From Minisyncoccota bacterium (GTDB lineage: Bacteria; Patescibacteriota; Minisyncoccia; UBA6257; UBA9933), in the NCBI GenBank assembly GCA_041650415.1, contig JBAZLC010000003.1, forward strand, positions 2,033-66,032: a stretch of 64,000 nucleotides of DNA, written 5' to 3'. Shown here one piece after another: positions 54,281 to 63,157 of the stretch (its first letter is position 1; every line of letters begins with the position of its first letter). The notes beneath the pieces were generated by a model that saw nothing but the letters and a program-made list of their open reading frames with translations, ran no database searches and had not been told where the DNA came from. Made by a program: the position numbers and the translations under genes.

Positions 54281-55414
54281 TTAACTTTTAAGCGCTTCTA
54301 TAATGGCTATCTCGAAAGGAACTATTACGAAGGGGGAGTATCGCATTTCCGTGTGCGCTTCAATAAGCAGCTTCATAAGCTTAATGGTTTTTTCGGCATC
54401 GGCGGATTTGGAATGTTTTTTTATAGCCTTCAATTCCTGGTCTGTCATTTCACGGCTAAAAACTTCTTCAAGCTCCGGGCTGAATTTCAAAGATAAAACC
54501 TTACGCAAATAATGGATTAAATCTTTATTGAATTGAATTAGGTTGTAGCCGTTTTCGTTAATTTCCGAAAGAAATTTTAAACTACCGGCTAAATCTTTAC
54601 TTATTAAAAGCTCTGCCAGTTCGGAAATCCGCTTGAAAGCCACTTGGCCGATAATGCTTTCCACGTCTTCCATTTCTATCTGAACTTCTTTCTTTTTATT
54701 TTTTGTCGTTTTTTGCTTCAATGAAGCTATCTGGTCAAGCAATGATTCCGCATCTCTGAAGCTTCCGCCGCCACTTGCGGCAATAAGTTCTATGGCGGAA
54801 TCGGAAATGTTTATTTTCTCTAACTTGGCGATGCTTTTCAGCTTTCCGATAATCGTTTCAAGCGGCAAACGCTTAAAATGGAATCTTTGAGTTCTTGAAA
54901 CGATCGTTGCCGGCATTTTTTCCAGTTCGGTAGTTACTAAAATCATCATCGCGTGCTCTGGTGGTTCTTCCAAAGTTTTAAGCAAAGCATTGAATGCATC
55001 CTTGGTTAGCTGATGGGCTTCATCAATAATATAGACCTTGCGGGTTAAAGCGGCGGGGGACACACGGATATTTTCTTTAAGATTTCTGATTTCGTCTATG
55101 CCTCTGTTTGAAGCGGCGTCTATTTCAATAACGTCCAGCGCCCGACCGGCATCTATTTCAAGACAAGCAGAACATTCATTACAAGGTTCTCCGGTTTTCT
55201 TAAAAACCTCGTCGGTCTGTCTTTTTTGGCAATTAGCAAGCTTGGCGATAATTCTTGCCGTAGTGGTTTTGCCGCTGCCCTTTGAGCCGTAAAATAAATA
55301 AGCGTGGGCTAAGCGGTCCAGCCGGCCGGCATTTTTAAGGGTTTCAGAAATAACATCCTGTCCAAGGATGTCTTCAAATGATTTTGGCCGATATTTTCGG
55401 TAGAGAACTAACAT
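54281..55414 (-). CDS. dnaX: DNA polymerase III subunit gamma/tau (short form)
   Basis: YRPKSFEDILGQD...GSKGSGKTTTARI and a clamp-loader AAA+ domain with a zinc module (CNECSAC). Confidence 0.9.
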   Translation of the reverse strand: MLVLYRKYRPKSFEDILGQDVISETLKNAGRLDRLAHAYLFYGSKGSGKTTTARIIAKLANCQKRQTDEVFKKTGEPCNECSACLEIDAGRALDVIEIDAASNRGIDEIRNLKENIRVSPAALTRKVYIIDEAHQLTKDAFNALLKTLEEPPEHAMMILVTTELEKMPATIVSRTQRFHFKRLPLETIIGKLKSIAKLEKINISDSAIELIAASGGGSFRDAESLLDQIASLKQKTTKNKKKEVQIEMEDVESIIGQVAFKRISELAELLISKDLAGSLKFLSEINENGYNLIQFNKDLIHYLRKVLSLKFSPELEEVFSREMTDQELKAIKKHSKSADAEKTIKLMKLLIEAHTEMRYSPFVIVPFEIAIIEALKS

Positions 55415-55584
55415 AATTTACTTATAATAATAGAATAATTGCTTTAATACAACTCTCAATACTCGAAAATCTTCTTTTCCCGGTTTAACCGGTCAAGATC
55501 CGCCGACTGGAAAAGGCAGGTTTTCGCTTTTCGCCTAAAATGTAGGTTTTATGGGCTTAATTTGACTATTTCTTGACCTGCGTC

Positions 55585-55612
55585 TTGACAAGTCCGAAAA
55601 CCGCGCTATAAT
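55585..55612 (+). promoter_or_regulatory. Consensus-like sigma70 promoter (TTGACA, 16-nt spacer, TATAAT) for the 3D-domain gene
   Basis: TTGACAAGTCCGAAAACCGCGCTATAAT, read by eye. Confidence 0.5.
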
Positions 55613-55626
55613 AAGGAAAATACTAT

Positions 55627-56121
55627 ATGAGTACAACCGCAGTCTTAGTGCTGCCTTTTTTTATAGCGAGCTTAGTCGCTGCCGGGCCACTTATCAATGT
55701 GGACCCCAGCCACGCGGAATCAGTAGACGCGCTCAAATCAAGCCCGCTTCAAAGTCAAAAAGTAGAGCTTTTAGCTCAAGGTCATCCGGTTCTGAAAGAA
55801 TCGTCAGTTTTGCGGGATTCAGCCAATAAACCTCAAAAAGTGGTCAAAATTCTTGCCACGGCTTATTCAAGTTCGGTTGATGAGACGGATGACACTCCTT
55901 TTATAACTGCTTCGGGAAATCACGTGAGAAATGGAATCGTTGCCGCCAACTTTTTACCGTTCGGTTCCAAAGTTAGATTGCCGGCGGTTTTCGGCGACAG
56001 AGTTTTTACCGTTGAAGACAGGTTGAAAGACGGTTATAATGACAGAGTTGATATTTGGTTTCCAAGCAAGGGAGAAGCTTTAAATTTTGGAGTTAAAATC
56101 ACCGACCTGGAAATCCTTTGA
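55627..56121 (+). CDS. 3D (MltA-like) domain-containing cell-wall protein
   Basis: ATAYSSSVDETDDTPFITASG...VAANFLPFGSKVRLP...DRVDIW, the pattern of a 3D domain. Confidence 0.7.
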   Translation: MSTTAVLVLPFFIASLVAAGPLINVDPSHAESVDALKSSPLQSQKVELLAQGHPVLKESSVLRDSANKPQKVVKILATAYSSSVDETDDTPFITASGNHVRNGIVAANFLPFGSKVRLPAVFGDRVFTVEDRLKDGYNDRVDIWFPSKGEALNFGVKITDLEIL

Positions 56122-56125
56122 TAAA

Positions 56126-57436
56126 ATGTTTCAAAATAAAAAAACTTCGCGATATTTCACAATTCTCATTAGTTTAATAATTATCGCTGTATGTTTTTTC
56201 GCCGGATTTAAGGCCGGTCTTTTTTTATTTTCAAAAAAAACGCAAATGGTCGCTTCAGTCGCCCCGGCGATAACCGAAACAATTTCAACTTCGACTCAAG
56301 CGGCCGTGATTGTTAAAGAAAATTATTGCGCTCCGGACATAAAATTTTCGGAAGAATCAGATAAAGAATTTTGCTCTCAAAAATCCAAAATCGGAGGCGA
56401 AAAAGGATTGGAAATAAACTTAACGGCGTCGAAAGCTTTTCTTTATGAAAACGAGAAATTAACCAATGTTTTTCCACTGGCTTACCAATCACAGGAAGGA
56501 AAATGGTTTCAGGCGCCAACCGGTTATTATTTTGCCGGAGCGAAATACGAAAAACACGTATCCTCGATTTTCCCGGTAACAATGCCTTACGCTTTCCAAT
56601 ATTACGAAGACTTTTTTATTCATGGTATTCCGTACTATAAAAACGGCGAACAAGTTACCTCAAGCTTTACCGGAGGCTGTTTGCGGTTTGGTGAAGGCAT
56701 AGACAAACAAATATACGATTTTATAAATCCGGGCGACCAAATTTTGGTTTATAAAACTTTTGATGATTTAGAACTTAAAGAAGGATTTTCCGCTCAGGTT
56801 GATTTGAAAGATTTTTGGATTCGCCAAAGATACAATAATCCATATCGCAATTCATGGATTTTCGGCGGAACGGAATATTTAAAGTTTGATTATTACCAGC
56901 ATACTGGACTTGATTTCGCGCCGAATCCCGATTCAAAAAATAAAAACGTTTATTCCATTTATGACGGCGTCGTTTCTGAAGTTGTAAAGCTTGGAGAAGT
57001 TGACCATGGTTTTGGCAATACGGTAATTATTGAACATAAAATCTCTTCGGCGAGTTCGACAAAAATTAAAACTATTTATTCTTTATACGGACATCTTTCT
57101 TTAATTGACATGGGTATCGTCAAAGGAGCTATAATAAAGAAAGGAGAGAAAATCGGTGAAATTGGCAACAGCGGTTATGGCTGCGAAAATTACTGGCGCA
57201 TAGGAAAAGATGGCTGCGAGGAAACCGGCAAAGCGGATACACATCTTCATTTTGAATTGAAAAAAGCCCCTGTTTTGGAAAATCCCGAGAAAGGGGACGC
57301 ATGTCAGGGTCCGGGCGCCGAATGGCGGTTTTGCTATGGTTCCACGCCTGAATATCCGGGAGATTACGGCTATTACGACCCAACAGAGTACTTATTTACC
57401 AAACTACAAACTACAAACACGAGCATAACAAACTAA
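56126..57436 (+). CDS. Bimodular peptidoglycan hydrolase/remodelling protein: L,D-transpeptidase (YkuD) domain plus M23 (LytM) metallopeptidase domain
   Basis: FIHGIPYYKNGEQVTSSFTGGCLRF matches the LDT catalytic motif H...S.GC.R. HTGLDFAP...HLHFEL matches M23. The start is taken at the ATG at 56126, just after the upstream stop. Confidence 0.7.
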   Translation: MFQNKKTSRYFTILISLIIIAVCFFAGFKAGLFLFSKKTQMVASVAPAITETISTSTQAAVIVKENYCAPDIKFSEESDKEFCSQKSKIGGEKGLEINLTASKAFLYENEKLTNVFPLAYQSQEGKWFQAPTGYYFAGAKYEKHVSSIFPVTMPYAFQYYEDFFIHGIPYYKNGEQVTSSFTGGCLRFGEGIDKQIYDFINPGDQILVYKTFDDLELKEGFSAQVDLKDFWIRQRYNNPYRNSWIFGGTEYLKFDYYQHTGLDFAPNPDSKNKNVYSIYDGVVSEVVKLGEVDHGFGNTVIIEHKISSASSTKIKTIYSLYGHLSLIDMGIVKGAIIKKGEKIGEIGNSGYGCENYWRIGKDGCEETGKADTHLHFELKKAPVLENPEKGDACQGPGAEWRFCYGSTPEYPGDYGYYDPTEYLFTKLQTTNTSITN

Positions 57437-57439
57437 TAA

Positions 57440-58138
57440 ATGTACGAATACACCACGGAAAAATTTTCCGGTCCCATTGAAAAGCTTTTGGAACTTATTG
57501 AAGAAAAAAAGCTCGAGATAACCGATTTGAGCCTGGCGGAAATAACTGCCGATTTTTTAGAATACGTTAAAAAAATCGAAGCGATTGAACCGCGTCTACT
57601 TGCCGATTTTGTCGCCGTTGCCGCCAGTCTTTTGCTTATAAAATCAAAATCTCTCTTGCCCGACCTTAAGTTAACGACTGATGAAGAAGAAAATATAAGA
57701 GATTTGGAAGGCCGGTTGGATTTTTACCGCAATTTTAAGCCGGCAATGGCTCATATTAAAAGATTGGCGCAAGAAAAAAACGTTGAAATTTCCAGACCGT
57801 TGTTTTTCTGCAGGCCAGAAGTTTTTTACCCGTCGCCCAAAATTACAATCGAAAATTTATTGAAAGCGGCGGAGAAAGTTTTGGAAGCTATCCGCGAGAT
57901 GCCCGAAGAGCAAAAAATAGAACGCTCGCTCGTAACGCTTGAAGAGAAAATAGAAGAAATAGTCGCCAGGCTAAAAGCGGAATTGGAACATTCCACAAGT
58001 TTCGGAAGTTTATTAAAAGACAAACCGCGTTCGGAAGTAGTGGTTCTATTCCTGGCGCTGCTTCATTTGCTTGCCGGACAAAAGATAAGCGTTCAGCAAA
58101 ACAAGGGTTTTTCTGATATACTAATAGAACAAAAATAA
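57440..58138 (+). CDS. scpA: Segregation and condensation protein A
   Basis: 232 aa with FSGPIEKLLELIEEKKLEITDLSLAEIT typical of ScpA. Confidence 0.85.
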   Translation: MYEYTTEKFSGPIEKLLELIEEKKLEITDLSLAEITADFLEYVKKIEAIEPRLLADFVAVAASLLLIKSKSLLPDLKLTTDEEENIRDLEGRLDFYRNFKPAMAHIKRLAQEKNVEISRPLFFCRPEVFYPSPKITIENLLKAAEKVLEAIREMPEEQKIERSLVTLEEKIEEIVARLKAELEHSTSFGSLLKDKPRSEVVVLFLALLHLLAGQKISVQQNKGFSDILIEQK

Positions 58139-58143
58139 AAATT

Positions 58144-58716
58144 ATGGAAGAAAATAAGAAAAATATAACAGCGGAAGTAGAGGCTTTGCTATTTGTTTAT
58201 GGCGAAGAATTGGAAGTGAAAAAGATTTCTAAAATGCTCTCGAAAAACAGAAGTAAGGTTTCCGAAGCGGAAGTCAAAGACGCGATAAGCGAACTTCAAA
58301 AAAAATATGCGGAAAACGGCGGATTGAATTTGCTTTTTTCAGACTCGCCGGCCGGGCAAAAAGTCCAGCTCGTAACAAAACCTGAATTCGCTCCGCTTAT
58401 TGAGGAATTCATTAAAGACGAATTTAAAGAAGATTTGACTCCGGCGTCGCTTGAAACGCTTTCTTTAATCGCGTATCTCGGTCCGGTTTCAAGAGCGCAG
58501 ATAGATTATTACAGGGGAGTGAATTCCAGTTTTATTTTAAGAAATTTGCTGATGCGCGGATTGGTTGAACGGTATAATGACCCGCAAAGAGCGAACATAT
58601 ATCTTTATCAGGCCAGTTTTGATTTATTGAAATACTTGGGGATTTCAAAGATTGAAGACTTGCCGGAATATGATAAGTTTAAAGCTATAATAAACAACCA
58701 ACAACAAACAACATAA
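58144..58716 (+). CDS. scpB: Segregation and condensation protein B
   Basis: 190 aa with EALLFVYGEEL and winged-helix repeats; follows scpA. Confidence 0.85.
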   Translation: MEENKKNITAEVEALLFVYGEELEVKKISKMLSKNRSKVSEAEVKDAISELQKKYAENGGLNLLFSDSPAGQKVQLVTKPEFAPLIEEFIKDEFKEDLTPASLETLSLIAYLGPVSRAQIDYYRGVNSSFILRNLLMRGLVERYNDPQRANIYLYQASFDLLKYLGISKIEDLPEYDKFKAIINNQQQTT

Positions 58717-58719
58717 AAT

Positions 58720-59856
58720 ATGCAAATACAAGCAATATTACTTTCTTTGGTTATTTTGTTATCGATAGCGATAAATTCGGGAACGCATAACAACGCTCCT
58801 TCTTTGGCGTCTTCGCAAACAATTCAAACAGAACAAAGCGGGCAAATAGCCGCACAGGCGGCAAAACAAGATGTCGCGAGAACGGAAGAAAAAACAATTG
58901 AAAACAAACAGCCGGAATTAAAAAATCCGTTTATTGTTTTCATCGGCGATGTTTATTTGGCGGTTTCCCAAAGAGCAATTAGTCTGGGGAAAAGCCTTGC
59001 CCTTGCCGCGAGCAGTATTGGCGATAATTCCGCCAAAGACCCTGTTCCGGCGCCAAATTCAACTTCTACTTCCGATTCAACCCTTATTTCAAAGCCCGAT
59101 ATCGCCGAAGTCCAATTAAAATGCGACCCGAGCGGATATGATTTTACCAATAAAGCGATGCTCGCGAAATACATAGACGACGGAATAATTTTTGAATCAA
59201 ACTCCGAAAACCGCTGGCCCATTGCCTCAATAACCAAATTAATGACGGCCGTTGTGGCTCTCGAAAAAACCGATACGGGTAAAGAGATAAAAATTACCGA
59301 GGAAATAGTCAACGTGGAAGGCTTGGCGGGAGGCTTTAAAGTCGGAGAATCTTTTAAAGAGCTTGATTTGATTAAGGCGATGCTTGTGGCTTCAAGCAAT
59401 GACGCGGCGGAAGCGATAGCCGAGAATTTCGAAGGCGGAAAACAGGCATTCGTGGATGAAATGCAAAAGAAAGCCACGGGGCTTAAAATGTTTCAAACGA
59501 CTTATTTGGAACCGACCGGACTTTCTTTTATCAATCAATCTACGGCAAAAGATTTATCAATTTTAATGTCTTATATTTATTCCGAGCATCCGGAGATTCT
59601 CGATATTTCCCGCCAGGAAGAAATCAGAATAATAGACCTTCAATCGGGCAAACTTAAAAAAATATTGAATATCGATAAATTTGCGGGGCAGGAAGATTTT
59701 GTCGGCGGCAAAACCGGATTCATAGACGAGTCGGGCAGGAACTTAATAGGGGTTTTCGATATTTCCGGGAAAATGATTGTTACCGTTGTTTTGGGAGCGA
59801 ATAATTCATTTGACGAAACAAGCGAATTAAAAAGCTTAGTTCAAAATTGTTTGTAA
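58720..59856 (+). CDS. D-alanyl-D-alanine carboxypeptidase (peptidase S11, PBP5-like)
   Basis: SITKLMTA (SxxK) and SSN motifs with an N-terminal signal/TM. Confidence 0.8.
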   Translation: MQIQAILLSLVILLSIAINSGTHNNAPSLASSQTIQTEQSGQIAAQAAKQDVARTEEKTIENKQPELKNPFIVFIGDVYLAVSQRAISLGKSLALAASSIGDNSAKDPVPAPNSTSTSDSTLISKPDIAEVQLKCDPSGYDFTNKAMLAKYIDDGIIFESNSENRWPIASITKLMTAVVALEKTDTGKEIKITEEIVNVEGLAGGFKVGESFKELDLIKAMLVASSNDAAEAIAENFEGGKQAFVDEMQKKATGLKMFQTTYLEPTGLSFINQSTAKDLSILMSYIYSEHPEILDISRQEEIRIIDLQSGKLKKILNIDKFAGQEDFVGGKTGFIDESGRNLIGVFDISGKMIVTVVLGANNSFDETSELKSLVQNCL

Positions 59857-59877
59857 TTTATAGTATGTAGTTTAAAT

Positions 59878-60951
59878 ATGTACAGTACCCACATTTTTTT
59901 AATAATTAAAATTATTTGCGCGTTTGTTTTATCTTTCACTTTGGCGCTTGCCCTGTCACCGGCCTTGATAAGGCTTCTTTATAAATATAAATGCTGGAAG
60001 AAAAAGCCTCGCGAGTTCGCTCCGGGCGGAGAAAGAACTCCGATTTTTACCGAGCTTCATGGCACGAAAGAAATTTCAACTCCGCGGATGGGAGGAATTT
60101 TAATTTGGGGAACGGTTTTGATAATCAGCCTGGGAACTTTTATCGTTTCCAAATTCATGCCCGAAGCGCTGGGAATGAAAGTGAATTTTCTTTCGCGTTC
60201 GCAAACCTGGCTGCCGCTTTTCAGTTTGGTGGCGGCTTCGATTCTTGGGCTTGTCGACGACATATTGGTTATAAACAATAAAGGTAAATACATCGGCGGG
60301 GGAATCAGATTTAAAGTGCGAATGGCTTTAATCGGATTGATAGCGGCCGCGGGCGCCTGGTGGTTTTACGTCAAGCTTGGCTGGTCCAGCATCTATATTC
60401 CTTTTTACGGAAATTTGGAAATAGATGGTTTCTATATGTTGCTTTTTATCATTGTCGTTTTGGCGACTTTTTCGGGCGGAGTGGTGGATGGCCTAGACGG
60501 GCTTTCGGCCGGAGTATTAATGCCGATTTTTGCGGCTTTCGGAGTTATCGCTTATTCAAGAGGACTTTATGATATGGCGACTTTCATCGCGATTATTATA
60601 GGTGCTTTGCTGACTTATTTGTGGTTTAACATTCACCCCGCAAGATTTTATATGGGGGAGACGGGCATCATGGGGCTTACCGTTGTTTTGGCGGTCATCG
60701 CTTTTTTGACGAATTCCGTTTTATTCTTGCCAGTTATCGCTTTCGTGTTAGTGCTTGAGTCGGGCTCGGTGATAATTCAATTACTCTCGAAAAAGTTCAG
60801 AGGAAAAAAAGTGTTTTTGTCGGCGCCCATACACCATCATTTTGAAGCTCTTGGCTGGCCGGAAACGCAAGTAACCATGCGTTTTTGGATTATCTCCGGC
60901 GTCTTCAGCGGCCTTGGATTAGTCTTGTTTTTCCTAAGCAAATTCCTCTAA
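59878..60951 (+). CDS. mraY: Phospho-N-acetylmuramoyl-pentapeptide transferase
   Basis: 357 aa, polytopic, with the C-terminal APIHHHFEALGWPETQVTMRFWII signature and a DD motif (GLVDDILV). Confidence 0.88.
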   Translation: MYSTHIFLIIKIICAFVLSFTLALALSPALIRLLYKYKCWKKKPREFAPGGERTPIFTELHGTKEISTPRMGGILIWGTVLIISLGTFIVSKFMPEALGMKVNFLSRSQTWLPLFSLVAASILGLVDDILVINNKGKYIGGGIRFKVRMALIGLIAAAGAWWFYVKLGWSSIYIPFYGNLEIDGFYMLLFIIVVLATFSGGVVDGLDGLSAGVLMPIFAAFGVIAYSRGLYDMATFIAIIIGALLTYLWFNIHPARFYMGETGIMGLTVVLAVIAFLTNSVLFLPVIAFVLVLESGSVIIQLLSKKFRGKKVFLSAPIHHHFEALGWPETQVTMRFWIISGVFSGLGLVLFFLSKFL

Positions 60952-61210
60952 TTGCTTATGTTGATAACTTTAGTTTGCTTGTTCTTGCGATTTTGATATA
61001 ATGATATCAGATCGTTAAAACAACCAGAGGAGATGGAGGGACAATATAGTCCCAACTACCGCATGACAAGTGCGAGCTTCGTTCAAAAGACAAAATTGTC
61101 CCCTGTGATGTCTCAAAATGACGGGAACGTGAACAAAGCTTACGCGCGCATTCGCGGAATGGCTAATCGCCGAATGGTATAGAGCCTTCCATCTTCTCTT
61201 CTCGATACAA

Positions 61211-61240
61211 GCCGTGAACTCGTTTCACGGCTTTTTTCTT
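61211..61240 (+). terminator. Intrinsic terminator (GCCGTGAA-CTCGT-TTCACGGC plus TTTTTT)
   Basis: Read by eye; it ends a short transcript from an upstream promoter around 60977-61005. Confidence 0.55.
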
Positions 61241-61247
61241 TACTTGA

Positions 61248-61303
61248 CCCCACACATAAGAAATTATGTGTGGGGTTGACAAATTTAGATGACGTGCTAT
61301 AAT
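61248..61303 (+). promoter_or_regulatory. Perfect 12-bp inverted repeat (CCCCACACATAA-GAAA-TTATGTGTGGGG) abutting a consensus sigma70 promoter (TTGACA 61276-61281, TATAAT 61298-61303)
   Basis: Operator-like palindrome whose 3' arm ends one nt before the -35 hexamer. Confidence 0.55.
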
Positions 61304-61309
61304 ACGATT

Positions 61310-61668
61310 AAGTTCATTGAGATAGTTTTGAAGGAGAAGGCTGGGTCGGTACTCGTCCTCAGCGGCGGCATAGTCTAGGGTTGACTGCGTTGTTTCATCC
61401 CGCACCTATGCGCAGTGCAGCCGGAGGCAACGCTTGGGGCCAACACAAACGCCGGCGAATGGGCCCCGGTTTGCGAATTGGGTGCATCGCATGAAGCGTT
61501 ACGGATGCGGTCGTCGCCTCCCTGGATCTCTCGCGATTCTGCGGTGGTTGAATTTCCCGCAAATCATCCTCGAGAGCAGGAGCCGAACTGCAAATCCGGG
61601 CCGCGGCACGTCCCAGTCTTCTCCCCCTATATAGCCGGAAACTTTCAGTATAGTTCCCGGCTTTTTTA
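61310..61668 (+). ncRNA. Candidate GC-rich (~56%) structured RNA (~360 nt) or long riboswitch-like leader ending in an intrinsic terminator, upstream of the amidohydrolase gene
   Basis: Driven by the consensus promoter. Many local helices (TGGGGCC/GGCCCCG, CGCAT/ATGCG, CGCCGGCG palindrome). Terminator AGCCGGAAAC-TTTCAGTATA-GTTCCCGGCT plus TTTTTT at 61633-61668. The ORFs on the track have non-protein-like composition. Confidence 0.4.
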
Positions 61669-61699
61669 TTTGTCTTTAAATTTGCTATAATAAACCCTA

Positions 61700-63157
61700 A
61701 TGACTACGCTTATTAAAAACGTTCAACTTATTGACGGCTCCGGTAAACCGGCTTTTAAGGCGGATGTTTTAATCCGCAATGAAAAAATTTCCGCAATAGG
61801 CAATTTCCCAACCTATAAAGCTCACGATACTATAGAGGGTTTTGGCGCGTATCTTGCGCCAGGCTTTATAGATATAAATAACAATGCAGACCACTATTTG
61901 ACGCTTTTCTCAAATCCTTCGCAAAAGGATTATTTATTAGAAGGCGTTACCACGATTATCGGCGGCCAATGCGGAGCATCGCTCGCGCCATTGCTTTATG
62001 GTTCTTTGGAATCGATTAAAGATTGGGCGGATATCGGGAAAATGAATATCGGTTGGCACACGGTTAAAGAATTTTTGAATATTCTAAACGGTTTGAAATT
62101 TGGAGTTAATTTCGGCACGCTCGCCGGCCACCGCACGATTCGCCAGGCGCTAGCCGGAGATTCAAAAAGAGATTTATCGGGAAGCGAATTGAAAATTTTT
62201 AATTTGATTTTAAACCGCGCCTTGAAAGACGGCGCCTTTGGATTTTCAACCGGACTCGGATACATTCATGCCAAACAAACCTCTTACAACGAAATAAAAT
62301 CTCTTGTCGAAGTTGTCGCGAAAAACAAATCGCTTTACGCGACGCATTTACGGAACGAAAAAAGGGGACTGCTCCAATCGGTAAATGAAACAATCAGTAT
62401 TGCCAAAGAAACCGGAGCCAGAGTTTTAATAAGTCATTTCCGCCCGCTTTCAGGCTACGGTACGGATTACGAAGAAGCGATTGATTTGATAAGTAAGAAT
62501 TCCGCCAGAGCCGACGTTTGTTTTGATATTTATCCTTCGGATTTAAGCGCGGTTTTGGTTCACGATATTTTGCCCGAATGGGTTAAAGAAGGAAATACCG
62601 AGACTATTTTAAAAGACATCGAGACTCCCGGATTCAGGAGTAAAATTATGCGCGAGCTTCCACGATTCAGTATTGATGAAACGATTATTTTAAACGCGCC
62701 CTTAAACGCTTATTTGAACGGTAAGTCCTTAAAAGAATTTTCCGAAAACAGGGATTTGAAGCCTGCCGAAGGAATTTTGGAATTAATGAAAATAACCGGT
62801 TTGCGGGCGGTAATTTCATATAAAAACGTCAGTCTGAAAAAGACCATAAACGCCATAAAAAACGACAGAGCGATTGTCGCTTCGAATAATATTCCGAAAA
62901 CTTTCACCGGACTTTTGGAATTGGCGGAAAAAGGGAAATCTTTGCCTATTGAAACCGCGATTTACAAAATTACCGGTTTTCCGGCGCAGCGTCTCGGATT
63001 AAAAAATAGGGGATTGCTAAAAGAAGGATTCGCCGCCGACCTTACGCTTTTCAAGAACGCGCAAATTAGGGAAGTTATCGTGGCAGGCAAAAGAGCTGTA
63101 AAAGACGGAACTTTCCAAAATATTTTGGCGGGTCAAATTTTAAAACATGAAGTTTAA
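61700..63157 (+). CDS. Amidohydrolase family protein (N-acyl-D-amino-acid deacylase/D-aminoacylase-like)
   Basis: 485 aa with IDINNNADH metal-binding N-terminal and Amidohydro_3-like architecture. Confidence 0.7.
   Translation: MTTLIKNVQLIDGSGKPAFKADVLIRNEKISAIGNFPTYKAHDTIEGFGAYLAPGFIDINNNADHYLTLFSNPSQKDYLLEGVTTIIGGQCGASLAPLLYGSLESIKDWADIGKMNIGWHTVKEFLNILNGLKFGVNFGTLAGHRTIRQALAGDSKRDLSGSELKIFNLILNRALKDGAFGFSTGLGYIHAKQTSYNEIKSLVEVVAKNKSLYATHLRNEKRGLLQSVNETISIAKETGARVLISHFRPLSGYGTDYEEAIDLISKNSARADVCFDIYPSDLSAVLVHDILPEWVKEGNTETILKDIETPGFRSKIMRELPRFSIDETIILNAPLNAYLNGKSLKEFSENRDLKPAEGILELMKITGLRAVISYKNVSLKKTINAIKNDRAIVASNNIPKTFTGLLELAEKGKSLPIETAIYKITGFPAQRLGLKNRGLLKEGFAADLTLFKNAQIREVIVAGKRAVKDGTFQNILAGQILKHEV

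Noticed and set aside
55415-55584. Possible SRP RNA (ffs) upstream of dnaX on the minus strand, as in many bacteria
   Set aside because: The reverse complement shows only a small CCGG-UUAAA-CCGG hairpin. There is no GNRA-capped domain IV with GGAA/AGCAGC-like conserved motifs.
61163-61405. 80-aa minus-strand ORF spanning the terminator, palindrome and promoter
   Set aside because: It overlaps plus-strand regulatory signals and has no SD or start context, so it is probably spurious.
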